A stretch of 64,000 nt of DNA, from contig JAVVET010000001.1 in assembly GCA_032251235.1 (NCBI GenBank), positions 20,918 to 84,917 on the forward strand, in the 5' to 3' direction. The notes beneath the pieces were generated by a model that did no database searches, had not been told where the DNA came from, and was given only the letters and a program-made list of their open reading frames with translations. Below, piece by piece: positions 46,780 to 56,939 of the stretch. The position numbers and the translations under genes were made by a program. The stretch comes from Wenzhouxiangellaceae bacterium. Its GTDB lineage: Bacteria > Pseudomonadota > Gammaproteobacteria > Xanthomonadales > Wenzhouxiangellaceae. Numbering within the stretch: the first letter of the stretch is position 1; the number at the start of each line of letters is the position of its first letter.

Positions 46780-49218
46780 TTACTGCTCCGCGGCTTCTTC
46801 CGGGTTCGGCTTGTGAGCGTCCGGCAGCGGCCCCTTCAGGTGGATGTCGCGCTGCGGGAACGGGATCTCGATGCCTTCTTCGCGAAACGCGGCGTCGATG
46901 GCGAAATTGATGTCGGAGATCACGTGCAGGCGCTGATCGATCTGGGGGATGAAAAAGCGCAGTTCGAAATCGAGCGCGCTATCGCCGAAACATCGAAACA
47001 GCACCACCGGGTCCGGCACGGCCAGCCCGCCGCGCATGGTGTTGGGGTGCGTGTGGGCCACGCGCAGCAGGACATCGCGAACCTTGGCGGTATCCGAACC
47101 GTAGGCGACTGCGACCGGCACAATGACTCGCCCCCAGGAATCCCGCAGCTGCCAATTGACCACCTGGGTGGTGGCGAGCTCGGCGTTGGGGATGATGACC
47201 TCCGCTCGATCGAAGGTTTCCAGCCGGGTCGAACGGATGCTGATCTGGCGAACGTAGCCCTCGGTGTTGCCGACTTCGATCCAGTCGCCGCGGCGGATCG
47301 GCCGCTCGAACAGCAGGATCAGCCCGGAGACGAAATTGTTGACGATGTTCTGCAGGCCGAAGCCGATGCCGACCGACAGCGCGCCGACGACAATGGCCAG
47401 GTTCTGGAACCTGATCCCGGCCATTGAAAGCGCGACGATCACCGCCACCGCCACGCCGATGTAGTTGCCGATGGCAGTCACCGCCTCGCGCGCGCCCGTA
47501 TCCAGCCGGGTACGGCGCAGCCAGCCGGGCACGACGCTCTGGTGCATCCAGCGCAGCAGCGTGGTCAACACGCCGAATACAAGCAGCGCGGCCAGGATCT
47601 GGGTTGGGACCAGCTGCACATCGCCGATGTCGAAGCCTTCGGTCAGCCATCGGCCGAGCATTGTCGTGCCCTCGGCCGACAGGCCCCAACTGAGCAGCAC
47701 CAGGTAGCTGCCGAAACCCCAGATCAGCAGCGTGACCAGCACGCGCAGCCACATCAGGCCGGGCACGGGGTTGCCGGCCGCCAGTCCGAGGCGTGCGCGC
47801 AGCCGCTGTTGCCAGTGCAGCCGGCCTTCGTCGAGCCCGTCGAACAGATCGGCGAAAAAGCGCGCAATCAATGCGCCAAGAATCATCACCACGACGGTGC
47901 CCGCCACGCCGCGCAGCAGGTACGGTGCAAGGGTGCGGTAGCCGAGCCATTCTGCGCCCAGCGTGATCAGCAGCAACGCGCCTGCAGCACCCCGCAGCAC
48001 GCGCCACAGCGCGCCGTGCAGAAAGCTTCCGGTGAGCGTGAGAATCCAGATCAGGTTGATCGCGAGCGCGCCGGCGTAGACCCCGCGCAGCAAAAGCAGC
48101 GCTGTCTCGGAACCGCTTTTCCAGGGGATCAGTGCAAACGCCAGGAAGCCCACCAGCAGCAGCACCGACAGCACGGTGGCGCGCACGAACAACGAGCGTT
48201 GAAGTGCATCGTCGAGGGGCAGGAATGGCCGCGCCGGCTTTGGTGGGCGCAACACCATGCGGATCACGGTCAAGCCGGCCAGCCAGATTGTGATCGCGTA
48301 ACTGGCGCGCGCGTTTATGCTTGTCGTTCCTGTCACCCACGCCAGGTAGACCGAGACCGCCAGCGCTGCCAGCAGCAACGGCAGCATGCGCGCCGTGGCC
48401 GCGCGCAGCGCGATGGCGCCGCCGCTGACACAGTCGGCCACTGCCGGCCCACTCGAAGGGCGGATGATCCTGGCCCCGGCGCGGCTGGCCAGCAGGCTGG
48501 CCAGGACCAGCAGCACAAGCAGCGCGGCATCGGACCAGGACAGCCCGGTCAACGAGACCGCCATTCGGTCGGCAATGGCCGCGATCGGCTCTAACGGGTT
48601 TGCGAATATTTCGGACAGCACGCCGCCCAGGTGCGGGCCGCGGACCAGCAATCGCTCGGTCATCAGCGCCTGCGCCTTGTCTGCAGCCGCGTCGGCCAGT
48701 TCCTGTGCGCGCAGGCGCAGCAAGCGGCAGGCGCTCTCGCGCGCCTCGAGTTGCACGCGTTCGCCCTCCAGTGTCTGCCGGGTCTGCTGAACCTCGGGGC
48801 TTTCGGCGCTCGTCGCCTCGCCCAGCGCCTCGAGTCGGCTCGTGAGCGCGCTCTGACGGCTTTCGGTCGCGGTCAGACAGGCTTGCGATTCGTCGCGTAC
48901 GCGCGCCGCGGCTACGCGCACCGCCTCCAGCGTTTCGCGTGGCGTGGCCGAACGATCCAGGGTTTCAAGCTGTTGCTCGGCCTCATCGATGGCGGCGCTG
49001 GCCTCCTCCACCCAGCGCCGGTCGCCGAGTTCGGCCGATTCAGTCTGGGCCGCCGCGTGTGCAAGCCCCAGCAGTGCCGCGACCGCCAGGGCCGCAGACA
49101 GGGCAAGCCATGTCCAGCGTCGCGCATGCCTGTCCGGCGGCGGTGTGATCGATGCTGTACTTTTCGGCGCATCAATGATGGCTGCCGAGAAGTCGAAGAA
49201 TCTGTTGTCAGTGGCCAT
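46780..49218 (-). CDS. Mechanosensitive ion channel, MscK/KefA-like (periplasmic coiled-coil N-domain, multi-TM region and MscS C-domain).
   Basis: It carries the MscS core GALSVGIGFGLQNIVNNFVSGLILLFERPIRRGDWIEVG. The ATG at 49218 was chosen because the upstream 92 codons do not look protein-like. Confidence 0.8.
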   Translation of the reverse strand: MATDNRFFDFSAAIIDAPKSTASITPPPDRHARRWTWLALSAALAVAALLGLAHAAAQTESAELGDRRWVEEASAAIDEAEQQLETLDRSATPRETLEAVRVAAARVRDESQACLTATESRQSALTSRLEALGEATSAESPEVQQTRQTLEGERVQLEARESACRLLRLRAQELADAAADKAQALMTERLLVRGPHLGGVLSEIFANPLEPIAAIADRMAVSLTGLSWSDAALLVLLVLASLLASRAGARIIRPSSGPAVADCVSGGAIALRAATARMLPLLLAALAVSVYLAWVTGTTSINARASYAITIWLAGLTVIRMVLRPPKPARPFLPLDDALQRSLFVRATVLSVLLLVGFLAFALIPWKSGSETALLLLRGVYAGALAINLIWILTLTGSFLHGALWRVLRGAAGALLLITLGAEWLGYRTLAPYLLRGVAGTVVVMILGALIARFFADLFDGLDEGRLHWQQRLRARLGLAAGNPVPGLMWLRVLVTLLIWGFGSYLVLLSWGLSAEGTTMLGRWLTEGFDIGDVQLVPTQILAALLVFGVLTTLLRWMHQSVVPGWLRRTRLDTGAREAVTAIGNYIGVAVAVIVALSMAGIRFQNLAIVVGALSVGIGFGLQNIVNNFVSGLILLFERPIRRGDWIEVGNTEGYVRQISIRSTRLETFDRAEVIIPNAELATTQVVNWQLRDSWGRVIVPVAVAYGSDTAKVRDVLLRVAHTHPNTMRGGLAVPDPVVLFRCFGDSALDFELRFFIPQIDQRLHVISDINFAIDAAFREEGIEIPFPQRDIHLKGPLPDAHKPNPEEAAEQ

Positions 49219-49557
49219 AGCGGTGCGGCGGCAAGGTCGAGCGACCACTATATCCAATGCCGTGTAAATTGCGCGGCTTTTGATCGGCCAAGACGGCCGC
49301 TGCAGGCATGTTCCGGTCAGCAAAATGATGGACAGCGTGATCTCTGGCTGGTACTTTGGGCCGGCAGCCACCGGTTGTCGGACCGTGCTGTTCAGGTGCC
49401 CGAAGCCGAGAAACTCGCAGCCAGGCGCCACAGAGCAGGCCGGCTCGGACCCGTTCTTTCGATTCGCTCCGAGCCTTCGCCGGTTTGCCTTCAACGCGCC
49501 TGATTGAACAGCTGCTCGACCGCGCCGGGCGACGAAGTGGTCGTGAGCAAGGCGGGT

Positions 49558-50232
49558 TCAAACCAGCCCGCGTTCGGCCAGCGACACGACTTCGCCGTCG
49601 CCGACGATGAAGTGATCGAGCAGCCGGATGTCGACCAGGCCCAGCGCGTCGCGCAGCCTGCGGGTAATGGCCAAATCGGCCTGGCTGGGCTCGGCCACGC
49701 CCGAGGGGTGATTGTGGGCGATGATCAGGGCCGCGGCCTGGCGGGCCAGCGCTTTTTCCACGACCACGCGCGGGTGGACGTGGGCCGCATCGATGGTACC
49801 GTTGAACAGCGTCTCGAACGCGATGACCCGGTGCCGGGTATCAAGCATCAAGGCACAGAACACCTCGTGTGGCCGGTGGCGCAGTTCGGCTTGCAGGAAG
49901 CGGCGCGTGGCGTCGGGGCTGGTCAAGGCCTCGCCCCGGCTCAGCCGGGCCTTGAGGTGGCGTCGGGCAAGCTCGAGCGCGGCGTGGATCTGGCAGTACT
50001 TGGCCGGACCCAGGCCGGGCTGCGCGCAAAGCGCCTCGCGGTCGGCTTCGAGCAGACCGCGCAGGCCGCCGAAATCGTTGATCAGATGCCGTGCAAGGTC
50101 CAGCGCCGAGCGGCCGCGGCTGCCGATTCGCAGCAGGATCGCCAGCAGTTCGGCATCGCTCAGGCTTCCCGGTCCGTGTTCCAGCAGCCGCTCGCGCGGA
50201 CGTTCGGTCTGTGGCCAGTCATTGATTCGCAT
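49558..50232 (-). CDS. radC: RadC-family JAB-domain protein.
   Basis: [25 protein letters not shown] and the JAMM motif AHNHPSG are present. The ATG is at 50232. Confidence 0.88.
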   Translation of the reverse strand: MRINDWPQTERPRERLLEHGPGSLSDAELLAILLRIGSRGRSALDLARHLINDFGGLRGLLEADREALCAQPGLGPAKYCQIHAALELARRHLKARLSRGEALTSPDATRRFLQAELRHRPHEVFCALMLDTRHRVIAFETLFNGTIDAAHVHPRVVVEKALARQAAALIIAHNHPSGVAEPSQADLAITRRLRDALGLVDIRLLDHFIVGDGEVVSLAERGLV

Positions 50233-50327
50233 ACAATTCCTTTTTTGTTTATGTTTAACAGGTGGCCAAGCATGCGCGCAGCCAGGGTTCGAAACCATCG
50301 GCAAACCGGCCCAATCGGGGTAGGAAA

Positions 50328-51539
50328 ATGACTGATTCGACGTCGGAATCCGACGCATCGACGGATCGGCGGCGGGTTCTGGTCGCGGTTTCGGCCGGGA
50401 TCGCCGCTTACAAGGCGCCCGAGGTGGTCAGGCGACTGCGTGAATACGGCGCCGATGTCCGCGTCGTCATGACCCGGGGGGCGCAGGCGTTCATCACGCC
50501 GCTGACCCTGCAGGCCGTCAGCGGCCACCGCGTTCACGAGCAGCTGCTCGACGCCGAAGCTGAAGCCGGCATGGGCCATATCGAGCTGGCGCGCTGGGCC
50601 GACGACATCGTGATTGCGCCGGCCACCGCCGATGTGCTGGCCAAAATGGCCGGCGGGCACGCCGATGATCTGCTCACGACACTGGTGCTGGCCAGCCGCG
50701 CGCGGCTTTGGCTGGCCCCGGCGATGAACCATGTCATGTGGGATCATGCGGCCGTGCAGGCCAATCTGAAAACGCTTTGTGATCGCGGTGCGCGGCTGCT
50801 GGGTCCGGACAGCGGCAGCCAGGCCTGCGGTGAGCACGGCTACGGGCGCATGCTTGCACCCGAGGACATTGCGCAAGCGCTGTTCGCCGCCGGCCAGCGG
50901 CTGTGCGGCAAGCATTTCGTGGTCACGGCCGGGCCTACCCACGAACCGCTGGACCCGGTGCGTTTCATCGGCAACCGGTCATCGGGCCGAATGGGTTTTG
51001 CAGTGGCCGCGGCGCTGGCCGATTGCGGCGCTACGGTCACCTTGATTGCCGGTCCGGTTCATTTGCCGACGCCGGGCGGCGTGCAGCGCATCGATGTCAA
51101 GACCGCGGCCCAGATGCACGAGGCCGTGTTCTCGGCGATGCCGGCCGACGGCTTCGTCTCGGTTGCCGCGGTGGCCGATTACCGGCCGGTCGACGCAAGC
51201 GCTGAAAAGATCAAGCGCAACGATGAGTCGATGACGCTGCAATTGCAGCCCAATCCGGATATCGTGCGCGAAGTCGCCGCGTCCTCGCCGCGTCCGTTCG
51301 TGGTTGGTTTCGCGGCTGAAACCGAGCGCGTTGCCGAGTATGCGCGCGGCAAGCTTGCGGTCAAGAATCTCGATCTGATTGCGGCCAACCGGGTCGGCGA
51401 GGCGCTGGGTTTCGATGCCTGCGAAAATTCGCTGGACGTGTTCTCGTCGGGGCGGCACTGGGCGCTGGGCGCCGGTCCCAAATCGATGCTGGCCAGAAAG
51501 CTGGTCGATATCATCATCGAAACCATGGAAACCGGCTGA
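50328..51539 (+). CDS. coaBC: Bifunctional phosphopantothenoylcysteine decarboxylase / phosphopantothenate-cysteine ligase.
   Basis: [47 protein letters not shown] and AAVADYRP are present. Confidence 0.92.
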   Translation: MTDSTSESDASTDRRRVLVAVSAGIAAYKAPEVVRRLREYGADVRVVMTRGAQAFITPLTLQAVSGHRVHEQLLDAEAEAGMGHIELARWADDIVIAPATADVLAKMAGGHADDLLTTLVLASRARLWLAPAMNHVMWDHAAVQANLKTLCDRGARLLGPDSGSQACGEHGYGRMLAPEDIAQALFAAGQRLCGKHFVVTAGPTHEPLDPVRFIGNRSSGRMGFAVAAALADCGATVTLIAGPVHLPTPGGVQRIDVKTAAQMHEAVFSAMPADGFVSVAAVADYRPVDASAEKIKRNDESMTLQLQPNPDIVREVAASSPRPFVVGFAAETERVAEYARGKLAVKNLDLIAANRVGEALGFDACENSLDVFSSGRHWALGAGPKSMLARKLVDIIIETMETG

Positions 51540-52009
51540 TGGATCTGGATCAGGCAAGAGAGCTCGAAGTCCGGATTCTGGACCCCAGAATCGGCCGGCA
51601 GTGGCCGCTGCCCGAATACGCCACCCAGGGTTCGGCGGGGATGGACCTGCGGGCCATGATCGATGCGCCGATCGAACTCGAACCGGGCGCCACGGCATTG
51701 ATTCCGTCGGGACTGGCGCTGCATATCGGCGATCCATCGCTGGCCGCGGTGCTGTTGCCGCGCTCCGGTCTGGGGTATAAACAGGGGCTGGTGCTGGGCA
51801 ACCTGGTGGGCCTGATCGACAGCGATTACCAGGGTCCGGTCAAGATTCCCTGCTGGAATCGCGGTACAGACACGATTCGCATTGAACCGGGCCAACGGAT
51901 TGCGCAATTGGTATTGCTACCGGTGGTCCAGGTTCGATTGAAGCCGGTTGCCGACTTCAGGGATTCCGAGCGCGCCACTGGCGGCTTTGGCCACACCGGC
52001 AACGATTAA
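51539..52009 (+). CDS. dut: dUTP diphosphatase.
   Basis: [24 protein letters not shown] and [10 protein letters not shown] motifs are present. Confidence 0.93.
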   Translation: MDLDQARELEVRILDPRIGRQWPLPEYATQGSAGMDLRAMIDAPIELEPGATALIPSGLALHIGDPSLAAVLLPRSGLGYKQGLVLGNLVGLIDSDYQGPVKIPCWNRGTDTIRIEPGQRIAQLVLLPVVQVRLKPVADFRDSERATGGFGHTGND

Positions 52010-52027
52010 CAGGGGGACGGCGACAAA

Positions 52028-54706
52028 ATGATGCAATCGCTATTTACGCAACAGGCCGGACGCACGCTGCCGCGGCTGCTGGGCCTGGTCGCACTTGGCA
52101 CCGGCCTGGCTGTGCTGCTGCTGGCCGCTTACCTGTACTGGAACAGTCTGCAGGCCAGCCTGGCGCTGGCCAGGGCGGCCGATGATGTCAAGGCCCAGGC
52201 ACAGCAGATCGAAAACCAGGTTCAGGCAATCCGCGATGCAATGACCAGTGAGGCCTTCGCGACCGTCGCCGGCCAGGTTGCCGCGGGTCAGGCCGAGCGC
52301 AATCAGCTGACTGCAGTGTTGCGTTCGCGCGGCGTCCGAAACGTCTTGAATGTCATCGTCGCCACCGAGGCGATCGAGGCGATCGACATGAGCGCGTTTC
52401 CGGGAAGCGGCTTTGCCGCGCTGGAAATGATGCTGCGTGCTCGTGGCGAGGGGCATGCGCCGTTCCAGGCCCATTTTGCCGGAACGCCCGACGAGTACCT
52501 GGCCGTGGCCGAACGCCTGGGCGGCCAGGCAAGCGGCGCTGCGGTCGCCCTGGTGACGCTGCCGGTCAGTGTCCTGGCCAATCAGATCACGCTGCCGGAA
52601 ACGGTCGATTCGATGCAGTTGGTGCAGAACTCGGCGGGTTTGATCAACGTGCTGCAGGAGTTTGGCAACCCACGAGTGCGTGGGGACTCGTCGCTTGGAA
52701 TTGACGGCACGCTGTTCGAGCTGCGGTGGAATCGTTCGACGGTCATTGGCCCGATGACCTCGATGCAGCTTTTCGGGGTCATGGGCGTTGGCGTGTTGAC
52801 GGCGCTGCTGGGTCTTTTATTAATTCGCCGATCCTCGGGCACGCCTGAAGCACCGAAAATCATCGATGAGCCCCGGCCCCAGTCCCGGCCGCAGCCTGAG
52901 CCTGAGCCCGAGCCGGTCGCAGCCGCCAAACCGGCCGTTGCGACCGAAGACCGGGCAGCGCCGCGCGAATTTCGACAAGAGCCCGCCGCCAGTGCGTTCG
53001 GCCAGGACGAAAGCGATCAGAACGAGTCGCTGACCAGCGATGGCGAACTCCGGCGGCCGGTGGCCGATCAACAAAATATCGACGCCCCCGAACTGGGTGG
53101 GCGACTGGAAGAATCAAGCAGCCGGCAACAGGAGACGACCGTGCCAGAAGACGAAGATGACCTGTTTTTCGACCCCGATGCTCCGGCCGACGACCAAAGT
53201 GAAATCAGCCAGATGCTGCAGTCACTGGTTGAAGACGAGGGCCGATCTTCGGCGCAAGCCCCCGCGCACGAACCAGCGGATCAGCCAGAGGCCGGCGCGC
53301 AGCATGCAAAGCCGATTGAACCGGCCGCAATGGTCTTGCCGCCGCGTTCGATTTTCCGCGCCTATGACATCCGGGGTATCGTTGGCGATACGCTGAGCAA
53401 GGAAATTGCGGAATCGATTGGCCGAGCGATCGGCGCCGAGGCCCGGCACCGCGGTTTGAACCGCATTGCGATTGCCCGCGATGGCCGGCTCTCGGGCGCC
53501 GAACTGCTGGCCGCGCTTGCCCGCGGCCTGGTCGCCAGCGGGCTGGAAGTCATCGACGTCGGCGCAGTGCCCACGCCGGTGCTGTACTACGCCGCACAGG
53601 AACTTGGCGGCGGCTCCGGCGTGATGGTCACCGGCAGCCACAATCCGCCCGACTACAATGGCTTCAAGATCGTGCTGGGTGGCGAAACGCTGTCCGGCGA
53701 CTCGATTACCGCATTGCACCAGCGCCTCGAATCCGGTGATCTTGCCGAAGGCCAGGGACAGGTTTACGAGCGACGGATCGCCGTTCAATACGTCGAGCGG
53801 ATCGGCACCGACATTCAGCTGGAACGGCCGTTGAAGGTCGTGGCCGACTGCGGCAACGGCATTGCCGGCAGCATCGCCCCCAGGCTGCTTGAGGCCATCG
53901 GTGCTGACGTGATCCCGCTGTATGCCGAGGTCGACGGCACCTTCCCGAACCACCATCCAGACCCCAGCGACCCGAAAACGCTGGAAGATCTCAAGCTTTG
54001 CGTGCGCAACTTCAACGCCGACATCGGCGTCGCTTTCGATGGCGACGGTGACCGGCTCGGGGTGGTTGCGGCCAATGGCGAAATCATCTACGCCGACCGG
54101 CTGATGATGCTGTTCGCGCGCGACGTGTTGTCGCGCAATCCCGGTGCGCCGATTATTTTCGACGTCAAATGCTCCAGTCTGCTCGCGCCCGAAATTGAAA
54201 AAGCCGGCGGCAAACCAATCATGGGCCGAACCGGGCATTCGTACATGAAGCAGCAGCTCAAGCGTGAGCAGGCGCCGCTGGCCGGCGAGATGAGCGGCCA
54301 CTTCTTTTTTGCCGAGCGCTGGTTTGGTTTTGACGATGGCATGTATGCCGCCGCCCGACTGCTCGAAATCCTGGCCGCCGATACGCGGGCGGTGGGGCAG
54401 ATCCTGGCATCGCTGCCCAAAGCCGAGAGCACGCCGGAACTGAAAGTGGAAATGAAAGAAGGCGAGCCGCATCCCTTCGTCGAGGAATTTCAGCGGTCTG
54501 CGCAATTCGAGGATGCCGAAATCAATACCATCGACGGTTTGCGAGCGGACTTCAAGGACGGCTTCGGCCTGGTCCGGGCCTCCAATACGACGCCGGTGCT
54601 GGTTTTGCGCTTCGAGGGACAGGACAAGAAGGCCCTGGCGCGTATCCAGGAGCAATTTCGCAAGGCAATGCTCGAGGTCAACCCGACACTCAAACTGCCG
54701 TTTTAG
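52028..54706 (+). CDS. algC: Phosphomannomutase/phosphoglucomutase with an in-frame N-terminal membrane-anchored extension of about 430 aa.
   Basis: The C-terminal 458 aa (from the ATG at 53330: MVLPPRSIFRAYDIRGIVGDTL...) has TGSHNPPDYNG (phosphoserine loop), FDGDGDR and GEMSGH. The upstream 434 codons are open in frame, with GC3-rich codon usage and two predicted TM segments. Confidence 0.8.
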   Translation: MMQSLFTQQAGRTLPRLLGLVALGTGLAVLLLAAYLYWNSLQASLALARAADDVKAQAQQIENQVQAIRDAMTSEAFATVAGQVAAGQAERNQLTAVLRSRGVRNVLNVIVATEAIEAIDMSAFPGSGFAALEMMLRARGEGHAPFQAHFAGTPDEYLAVAERLGGQASGAAVALVTLPVSVLANQITLPETVDSMQLVQNSAGLINVLQEFGNPRVRGDSSLGIDGTLFELRWNRSTVIGPMTSMQLFGVMGVGVLTALLGLLLIRRSSGTPEAPKIIDEPRPQSRPQPEPEPEPVAAAKPAVATEDRAAPREFRQEPAASAFGQDESDQNESLTSDGELRRPVADQQNIDAPELGGRLEESSSRQQETTVPEDEDDLFFDPDAPADDQSEISQMLQSLVEDEGRSSAQAPAHEPADQPEAGAQHAKPIEPAAMVLPPRSIFRAYDIRGIVGDTLSKEIAESIGRAIGAEARHRGLNRIAIARDGRLSGAELLAALARGLVASGLEVIDVGAVPTPVLYYAAQELGGGSGVMVTGSHNPPDYNGFKIVLGGETLSGDSITALHQRLESGDLAEGQGQVYERRIAVQYVERIGTDIQLERPLKVVADCGNGIAGSIAPRLLEAIGADVIPLYAEVDGTFPNHHPDPSDPKTLEDLKLCVRNFNADIGVAFDGDGDRLGVVAANGEIIYADRLMMLFARDVLSRNPGAPIIFDVKCSSLLAPEIEKAGGKPIMGRTGHSYMKQQLKREQAPLAGEMSGHFFFAERWFGFDDGMYAAARLLEILAADTRAVGQILASLPKAESTPELKVEMKEGEPHPFVEEFQRSAQFEDAEINTIDGLRADFKDGFGLVRASNTTPVLVLRFEGQDKKALARIQEQFRKAMLEVNPTLKLPF

Positions 54707-54714
54707 CCCGTCTG

Positions 54715-54881
54715 CTAGCAGCGTGTCGGACTTGACCGATCTTCGCTGAGCGAAAGCCGGTTGGATCGGGTTTTCGGTCTTTTGAGGCGAATTTTGAGCC
54801 TGGTTAACGAAAAAGGGCGGGAAATCTGGCCCAATCCGGCTTTTCCGCAGTAGATCAGCGTTAAGTCCGACAGGCTGCCAG
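54715..54881 (-). repeat. MITE/ERIC-like imperfect-palindrome intergenic repeat, copy B (inverted relative to copy A).
   Basis: The reverse complement aligns end to end with 42181-42348 at roughly 85-90% identity by eye. The termini are CTAGCAGCGTGTCGGACTT...AAGTCCGACAGGCTGCCAG. Confidence 0.8.
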
Positions 54882-55013
54882 CTTGAGTGCCCGGCCTGGC
54901 CGATCGTAGCGAGGGGAACTCCGGCCGGTACGGATGTCAAAATGGTGATGAAGGTCCGGCTGGGTTGAGCCGGGTTGAATGCCCTTCTCGGGTCCATAAC
55001 AGTCGGAGGATGT

Positions 55014-55433
55014 ATGAGAAACAGGATTGTTGCAAGCCTCGTAATCTGCCTGTCGCTGGCCATGCCACTGGCCAGCGCTTTCGCACAATTCGCTTCGCCC
55101 AGCGAGCCACATGGGCTCGTGACCACGTTGTTCGATCGCCCCGGGCAGGAGCTTTACGGTGTCCGGATTACCGAAGTCGACGGCAAGCTGGTCGGTGGTG
55201 CCCGCGAAAAAGCGGTTTGGCTGGAGCCTGGTGAACACACCATCCAGGCGCGCGGCGCGGTCGTCGACAGAGGCTTTCGTGGCGGCACCACGCGCACCCA
55301 CGAGCAGTTGCGCGAACCGGGGCTGGATTCGGTCACGATCAATGTCGAGGAAGGCAAAACCTATTTCCTGGCGCTGGACGGCTCAGCGCCCGACCCCAAG
55401 GACTGGAAAATCGTGGTTTACAAGGAAGAGTAG
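55014..55433 (+). CDS. Hypothetical secreted/periplasmic protein (139 aa).
   Basis: GGAGGA lies 4 nt upstream of the ATG at 55014. It has a signal peptide (MRNRIVASLVICLSLAMPLASAFA). I recognise no family with confidence. Confidence 0.55.
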   Translation: MRNRIVASLVICLSLAMPLASAFAQFASPSEPHGLVTTLFDRPGQELYGVRITEVDGKLVGGAREKAVWLEPGEHTIQARGAVVDRGFRGGTTRTHEQLREPGLDSVTINVEEGKTYFLALDGSAPDPKDWKIVVYKEE

Positions 55434-55481
55434 GGTCACTCAAGGCCGGCTTGCGTCTGCGCAGGCCCGGCCGTACTCAAC

Positions 55482-56846
55482 TCAATACGCGTGATTCCGA
55501 AACAATGGCTCCAGTGACTTCTGCCAGCGATTCTCGTAGGCCTCGAGCAGGGTTTCGGCAGGGGTTCTGCCCGATTCGACGATGGCTGCCAACGGTTCGA
55601 GGAAGCCGCTTTCGTCGTCACCGGCTGCGTTGAGCCGGCATCGATTCGCCAGCCCCTGCTGCGAGAGCTGCACCAGTTCGCGCGCGATGTCGAGGACCGG
55701 GCGGCCCTGGATGCTCGCTTTCAGCGCTTGCCTCGAGACATCTTCGCGCAGCTTTTCGAGTTCAGCCAGCGACCAGCCGCGGGTGATGTCGAGACACGCT
55801 GCCAGTGCGCGCTGATCGTATAAAAGCCCGACCCAGAAGGCCGGCAGCGCGCACAAGCCTTTCCAGGGCCCGCCGTCGGCGCCGCGCATTTCCAGAAATT
55901 TCTTCAGTCGCACTTCCGGAAAAGCGGTGGTCAGATGGTCTTCCCAGTCGGCCAGCGTCGGCAGTTCGCCCGGCAAAGCCGGTAATTTCCCGATCATGAA
56001 ATCACGAAACGACTGGCCCGATGCATCGACGTAGCGATCACCCCGGCGCACGAAATACATCGGCACGTCCAGCATCCATTGCGCGTAGCGTTCGAAGCCG
56101 AAACCTTGTTCGAACACGAACGGCAACTGTCCGGTGCGGTCTGGATCGGTGTCGGTCCAGATATGGCTGCGATAACTCAGATAGCCAGAAGGCCGGCCCT
56201 CGACGAACGGAGAATTGGCAAACAAGGCCGTGGCAATCGGCTGTAGCGCCAGCGAGGCGCGAAACTTGTCGACCATGTCGGCTTCGCTGGAAAAATCGAG
56301 GTTGACCTGTACCGTGCAGGTCCGGGTCATCATGTCCAGGCCCAGTGAACCGACCCTGGGCATGTAGTTGCGCATGATTCGGTAGCGGTCCTTGGGCATC
56401 CACGGAATCTGTTCTCGCCGCGCCGTGGGGTGAAAGCCCAGGCCGAGAAAGCCCAGCCCCATCGGCTCGGCAATGGCACGCACTTCGGCCAGGTGCGAAT
56501 GCACCTCGTCGCAGGTCTGGTGGAGATTGTCCAGGATGTCGCCGGAAAGCTCGAACTGGCCGCCGGGCTCGAGTGTGATCGAACAGCCTTCGCGCTTGAG
56601 CGCAATGATGTTGCCGTGCTCGGTCTCCGGCTGCCAGCCGAATCGCTCGGACATGCCCTTGAGCAATTCGCCAATGCCGTTGGCGCCTTCATAGGCAACG
56701 GGCTGAAAGCCGTCGAGCGTGAAGCCGAACTTTTCATGTTCGGTGCCGATTTTCCACAGCGCCGGCGGTCGGCAGCCGGATGCCAGGTATTCGACCAGCG
56801 GCTCGATTCGGGTAACGGGCGTTAACGGCGCAGCAGATTCGGACAT
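55482..56846 (-). CDS. gshA: Glutamate-cysteine ligase, plant/alphaproteobacterial type (GCS2 family).
   Basis: At 454 aa, it carries [24 protein letters not shown] and the C-terminus ...[14 protein letters not shown]. The longer ORF to 57452 is an Arg-rich extension. Confidence 0.85.
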   Translation of the reverse strand: MSESAAPLTPVTRIEPLVEYLASGCRPPALWKIGTEHEKFGFTLDGFQPVAYEGANGIGELLKGMSERFGWQPETEHGNIIALKREGCSITLEPGGQFELSGDILDNLHQTCDEVHSHLAEVRAIAEPMGLGFLGLGFHPTARREQIPWMPKDRYRIMRNYMPRVGSLGLDMMTRTCTVQVNLDFSSEADMVDKFRASLALQPIATALFANSPFVEGRPSGYLSYRSHIWTDTDPDRTGQLPFVFEQGFGFERYAQWMLDVPMYFVRRGDRYVDASGQSFRDFMIGKLPALPGELPTLADWEDHLTTAFPEVRLKKFLEMRGADGGPWKGLCALPAFWVGLLYDQRALAACLDITRGWSLAELEKLREDVSRQALKASIQGRPVLDIARELVQLSQQGLANRCRLNAAGDDESGFLEPLAAIVESGRTPAETLLEAYENRWQKSLEPLFRNHAY

Positions 56847-56939
56847 GAGTGTATTCGAGCCGGTACAGGGTTGCTGATTATGGCCGAACATACAGGACTT
56901 CGCACGGACTTGCAGTTTCAACGCGGTAAACTGCCTGCA

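Noticed and set aside
46526-46816. A 96-aa ORF in the rpmG/MscK spacer.
   Set aside because: It has no RBS at a sensible distance and an Arg/Ser/Ala-rich composition. Its apparent internal peptide repeat merely reflects the DNA tandem duplication. It was treated as non-coding.
52850-53330. The PEPEPEP / acidic low-complexity tract in algC; considered as a possible separate gene boundary or sequencing artefact.
   Set aside because: The frame is continuous, with no stop or obvious frameshift. It was interpreted as a disordered linker within the long AlgC ORF (see finding) rather than a separate feature.
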